Source: Actinomycetes bacterium (lineage in GTDB: Bacteria; Actinomycetota; Actinomycetes; Jiangellales; Jiangellaceae). Taken from it: 64,000 bases of DNA. Shown here piece after piece: positions 60,795-64,000 of this stretch (the stretch's first letter is position 1; each line of letters starts with the position of its first letter). Under the pieces are notes generated by a model that had not been told where the DNA came from, did not search any database, and worked only from the letters and a program-made list of their open reading frames with translations. Location: positions 442 through 64,441 of the forward strand of contig JAJYTA010000004.1 of NCBI GenBank assembly GCA_021793295.1, read 5' to 3'. The translations under genes were made by a program, and so were the position numbers.

Positions 60795-61501
60795 GCGTGG
60801 TACCGGTACCCGACACCGCGGACGGTCACCAGGTGCCGCGGGTTGGAGGGATCGGGCTCGATCTTCTCGCGAAGCCGGCGGATGTGCACGGTGACCGTCG
60901 ACGTGTCGCCGAAACTCCACCCCCACACGGCTTCGAGCAGTTCTTCGCGACGGTAGGCCCGTCCCGGATGGGTCATGAAGTGCACGAGCAGGTCGAACTC
61001 CTTGGTCGTGAGGGCCACGGTCTCGCCGCCGCGGCGCACCTGGTGGGCGACGACGTCCACCTCGAGGCCGGCACCGAGCAGCGTGCGCGCCGACGACGCC
61101 TCGACCGCGCCGGCCGCGGCTCGCCGCAGCACCGCCTTGACCCGCGCCGACAGCTCCCGGGGCGAGAACGGCTTGGTGACGTAGTCGTCCGCGCCGATCT
61201 CGAGGCCGGCGATCCGGTCGTTCTCCTCACCCAGCGCGGTGAGCATGACCACGGGGATGGGTGCGACCCGGCGCAGCCGGCGGCACACCTCGAGCCCGTC
61301 GAGACCCGGCAGCATGAGATCGAGCACGACGATGTCCGGTAACGACTGCAGGGCGCGGGCCAGGCCCGAGGTGCCGTCCGCGGCGAAGTCGACGTCGAAT
61401 CCGTCGCGACGCAGGTAACGGCCGACCACGTCCGACAGCGCTGGATCGTCGTCGACGACCAGCACCCGCGGGCCCGCAGCGGTATCCATGTCACCCACCA
61501 T
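60791..61501 (-). CDS. OmpR-family response regulator
   Basis: VVDDD, LDLMLPG, DDYVTKPF, TVTVHIRRLREKIE; start may be 61489. Confidence 0.96.
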   Translation of the reverse strand: MVGDMDTAAGPRVLVVDDDPALSDVVGRYLRRDGFDVDFAADGTSGLARALQSLPDIVVLDLMLPGLDGLEVCRRLRRVAPIPVVMLTALGEENDRIAGLEIGADDYVTKPFSPRELSARVKAVLRRAAAGAVEASSARTLLGAGLEVDVVAHQVRRGGETVALTTKEFDLLVHFMTHPGRAYRREELLEAVWGWSFGDTSTVTVHIRRLREKIEPDPSNPRHLVTVRGVGYRYHA

Positions 61502-61604
61502 GCCACCGTCGAGCCGTCTCGTCGGCGGCGTCCAAGGTCCTGGTCAGAAGTCTTTAGCGGCTTTTAAGGTTTACGGCCCGGGTATCTGCCTACGGTCAGT
61601 GGGC

Positions 61605-62234
61605 ATGAAGGACTCGCACGTACTGGTGCTGGCGAAGGCCCCCGAGGCCGGGCGATCGAAGACCCGGCTGTGCCCCCCGTACGCTCCGGACCAGGCCGCC
61701 GAAGTAGCCGAGGCAGCTCTGGCCGACACTCTCGAAGCCGTGGCCGCATCCGGCGCGCGGCGGCGGATACTCGCGCTCGACGGCCCGCCGGGCCCGTGGC
61801 TGCCGCCAGGTTTCGACGTCGTCGCGCAGGTGAGCGGATCGTTCGCGACGCGGCTGCAGGCCGCCTGGGATCACGCCGGCGGTCCAGGTGTGCAGATCGG
61901 CATGGACACACCGCAGGTGACCGCTTCCATGCTGGACCACGCCCTGGGCTTGTTGGACGACCACGAGGCGCTGCTCGGGCTGGCCGAGGACGGCGGCTGG
62001 TGGGCGCTGGGACTGCGCCAGGCCCAGCCGGGTTTGTTCGACGGCGTGCCGATGAGCACGGCCCGCACCGGTTTCGACCAGTACATCCGGCTGCGCGCAC
62101 TCGGACTGGCGGTGCGGATGCTGCCGACGATGCGTGACCTCGACACCGCCAGTGACGCGGCCACGATCGCCGCGAGCGCGCCGGGCACGCGGACGTCGCG
62201 AATCGTGCGGGCGATGCTCCCGCGTGCGGCATGA
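61605..62234 (+). CDS. DUF2064 / TIGR04282-like transferase
   Basis: AKAP..GRSKTRL, GMDTPQ, AEDGGWW, DLDT. Confidence 0.88.
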   Translation: MKDSHVLVLAKAPEAGRSKTRLCPPYAPDQAAEVAEAALADTLEAVAASGARRRILALDGPPGPWLPPGFDVVAQVSGSFATRLQAAWDHAGGPGVQIGMDTPQVTASMLDHALGLLDDHEALLGLAEDGGWWALGLRQAQPGLFDGVPMSTARTGFDQYIRLRALGLAVRMLPTMRDLDTASDAATIAASAPGTRTSRIVRAMLPRAA

Positions 62235-62857
62235 CGGCCGCCAGTACGTCCGGTCACGGGGAATCGATGACCACGGTGCTGCGCCGGCGTGACGGCACGG
62301 CCCAGCAGCTGGCGGTCGACGACTGGACGGCGCCGGCGACGCCGGCCGAGCGCGGACTGCTCCGGTCACTGCACGGGCCCGTGCTCGACCTGGGTTGCGG
62401 TCCTGGTCGGCTCGTCGTGGCCCTGGGCGAACTCGGTATCCCGGCGATGGGCATCGACGCCTCGTTGCAGGCCGTACGGCGGGCGCGCACCCGCGGCGCC
62501 CAGGTCCTGCACTACTCGGTCTTCGACCGGTTGCCTCGTGAGGGCCGATGGCGCAGCGTCTTGCTCTTCGACGGCAACATCGGTATCGGCGGCTGTCCGA
62601 CGACCCTGTTCAGTCGAGTGCGTGACCTGCTGGCCCGCGACGGCCGGGCGCTGGTGGAGACCGATCCCCCGGGCACGACGACCATCGAAGGCGAGGCACG
62701 CCTGGAACGTGCTGGCGAGACCACCAGCTGGTTTCCCTGGGCGTGGGTGGCTGCCGACGACGCGCCGCGGCTGGCCGGCGCCGCCGGACTTCGGTTGACC
62801 GGATGGCACGTCGCCGACGGCCGGTGGTTCGCGAGGTTGCGGAGGCGGACACGATGA
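62231..62857 (+). CDS. Class I SAM-dependent methyltransferase
   Basis: VLDLGCGPGR, DGNIGIGG, WFPW; start 62231 or 62267. Confidence 0.88.
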   Translation: MTAASTSGHGESMTTVLRRRDGTAQQLAVDDWTAPATPAERGLLRSLHGPVLDLGCGPGRLVVALGELGIPAMGIDASLQAVRRARTRGAQVLHYSVFDRLPREGRWRSVLLFDGNIGIGGCPTTLFSRVRDLLARDGRALVETDPPGTTTIEGEARLERAGETTSWFPWAWVAADDAPRLAGAAGLRLTGWHVADGRWFARLRRRTR

Positions 62858-63528
62858 TCGACGTGATCTTGCCGGTTCTCGACGAGGCCGAAGCGATTCC
62901 GTGGGTGGTGTCGAGGATGCCGCCCGGGTACCGCGCCCTCGTCGTCGACAACGGTTCGTCGGACGGGTCGGCACAGGTCGCAGCTGCTGCCGGAGCGCAG
63001 GTCGTGCATGAATCACGGCGCGGATTCGGCGCGGCGTGTTACACCGGACTGGTCGCCGCGAGTTCGACGGTGGTGTGCTTCATGGACTGCGACGCATCGC
63101 TCGACCCGCGAGATCTCCCGTCGGTCGCCGATCCGGTCACCGAGGGCGAGGCTGATCTCGTCCTGGGTGCCCGGCGCGGCGAGCGCGGCGCGCTGCCGCT
63201 TCATGCTCTGGTGGCCAATCGCTATCTGGCTCGTCGGGTCGCGCGCCTGACCGGTGCGCGGCTGAGTGACATCGGACCGATGCGCGCCGCACGGCGGGCC
63301 GATCTCCTCGACCTCGAGCTGACCGACCGCCGGTCCGGGTGGCCGCTGGAGATGGTGCTGCGCGCCGCCAGGGCGGGCTGGCGGATCGCCGAACGGCCGG
63401 TCCCGTACTACGCGCGAACGGGGCGGAGCAAGGTCACCGGGACCGTCCGGGGCACCGCCCAGGCGGTCTTCGACATGCGCCGACGTCTGATGGAGGCGCA
63501 ACGCAGCGTGCGAGAGGAGCACCCGTGA
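62854..63528 (+). CDS. GT2 glycosyltransferase (Dol/polyprenol-P-sugar synthase-like)
   Basis: ILPVLDE, VDNGSSDGS, MDCDAS DxD, SGWPLEM. Confidence 0.92.
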   Translation: MIDVILPVLDEAEAIPWVVSRMPPGYRALVVDNGSSDGSAQVAAAAGAQVVHESRRGFGAACYTGLVAASSTVVCFMDCDASLDPRDLPSVADPVTEGEADLVLGARRGERGALPLHALVANRYLARRVARLTGARLSDIGPMRAARRADLLDLELTDRRSGWPLEMVLRAARAGWRIAERPVPYYARTGRSKVTGTVRGTAQAVFDMRRRLMEAQRSVREEHP

Positions 63529-64000
63529 ACGAGGCGCACAAGGCCGAGATCGGTGTCTTCGGCGGCTCCGGTTTCTACACGTTCCTGTCCGACGTGGAAA
63601 CCGTCACCGTCGACACCGCATGGGGTTCGCCGTCCGGGCCGGTCACGATCGGCTCGATCGACGACGTACGGGTGGCGTTCCTACCCCGGCACGGCCCTCA
63701 CCACGAGTGGCCCCCGCACCGGGTGAACTACCGCGCCAACGTCGATGCGATGCGGCAATTGGGGGTGCACACGCTCCTCGCTCCGTTCGCCGCCGGTTCG
63801 CTGCGCCCGGAGATCCGCCCCGGTGACTTCGTCGTCGTCGATCAGCTCGTCGACCGGACGTCGGGCCGCCCCGACACCTTCTACGACCACTTCGACGAGG
63901 GGCCACAGCACATCTCGCTGGCTGACCCGTACGACGCCGGCGTGCGCCAGACCCTGCTCGCCGCGGCGCGACGCACGGGCGTGCCGGTTCACGACGGCGG
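63525..64000 (+). CDS. mtnP: S-methyl-5'-thioadenosine phosphorylase (3' end outside window)
   Basis: Hand-translated: IGVFGGSGFY, TAWGSPS, FLPRHG, VNYRAN, DQLVDRT; absent from ORF track. Confidence 0.9.
   Translation, partial: MNEAHKAEIGVFGGSGFYTFLSDVETVTVDTAWGSPSGPVTIGSIDDVRVAFLPRHGPHHEWPPHRVNYRANVDAMRQLGVHTLLAPFAAGSLRPEIRPGDFVVVDQLVDRTSGRPDTFYDHFDEGPQHISLADPYDAGVRQTLLAAARRTGVPVHDG

Overview
High-GC actinomycete chromosomal segment (mshD, GlnR, DisA-RadA, ClpC, Pst), with no tRNA, rRNA, CRISPR array or transposase seen. The conserved backbone runs radA-disA, mutY, clpC, XRE-hbhA-like-DUF2516, dtd, a sulfur-relay neighbourhood (ygfZ, nitrobindin, DsrE, sseC, rhodanese, thioredoxin, MoaD), glnR-mshD, ppk-mutT1-pstSCAB and DUF47-pit. 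Accessory blocks are: (1) a secreted protein of 42-aa Cys/Trp/Asn repeats running off the left edge; (2) a secreted nagZ-namZ-amiE-like peptidoglycan scavenging trio; (3) a ~260-bp inverted-repeat element with internal tandem repeats; (4) an 11-gene LacI-controlled operon: sugar ABC importer, FOUR divergent ADP-ribosylglycohydrolase-fold genes, ribokinase, family III CoA-transferase and CitE-like lyase; (5) a DUF2599-like/PKD secreted protein inside the phosphate locus; (6) a two-component-linked glycosyl/methyl-transfer cluster running off the right edge. Two leaderless small ORFs not delimited in the ORF track are supported: a Cys attenuator leader with a visible anti-SD helix, and a 33-aa membrane peptide. 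The best candidate for an undescribed system is block 4, proposed here as a riboside catabolism pathway. All family assignments come from motif recognition by eye; no database searches were run.
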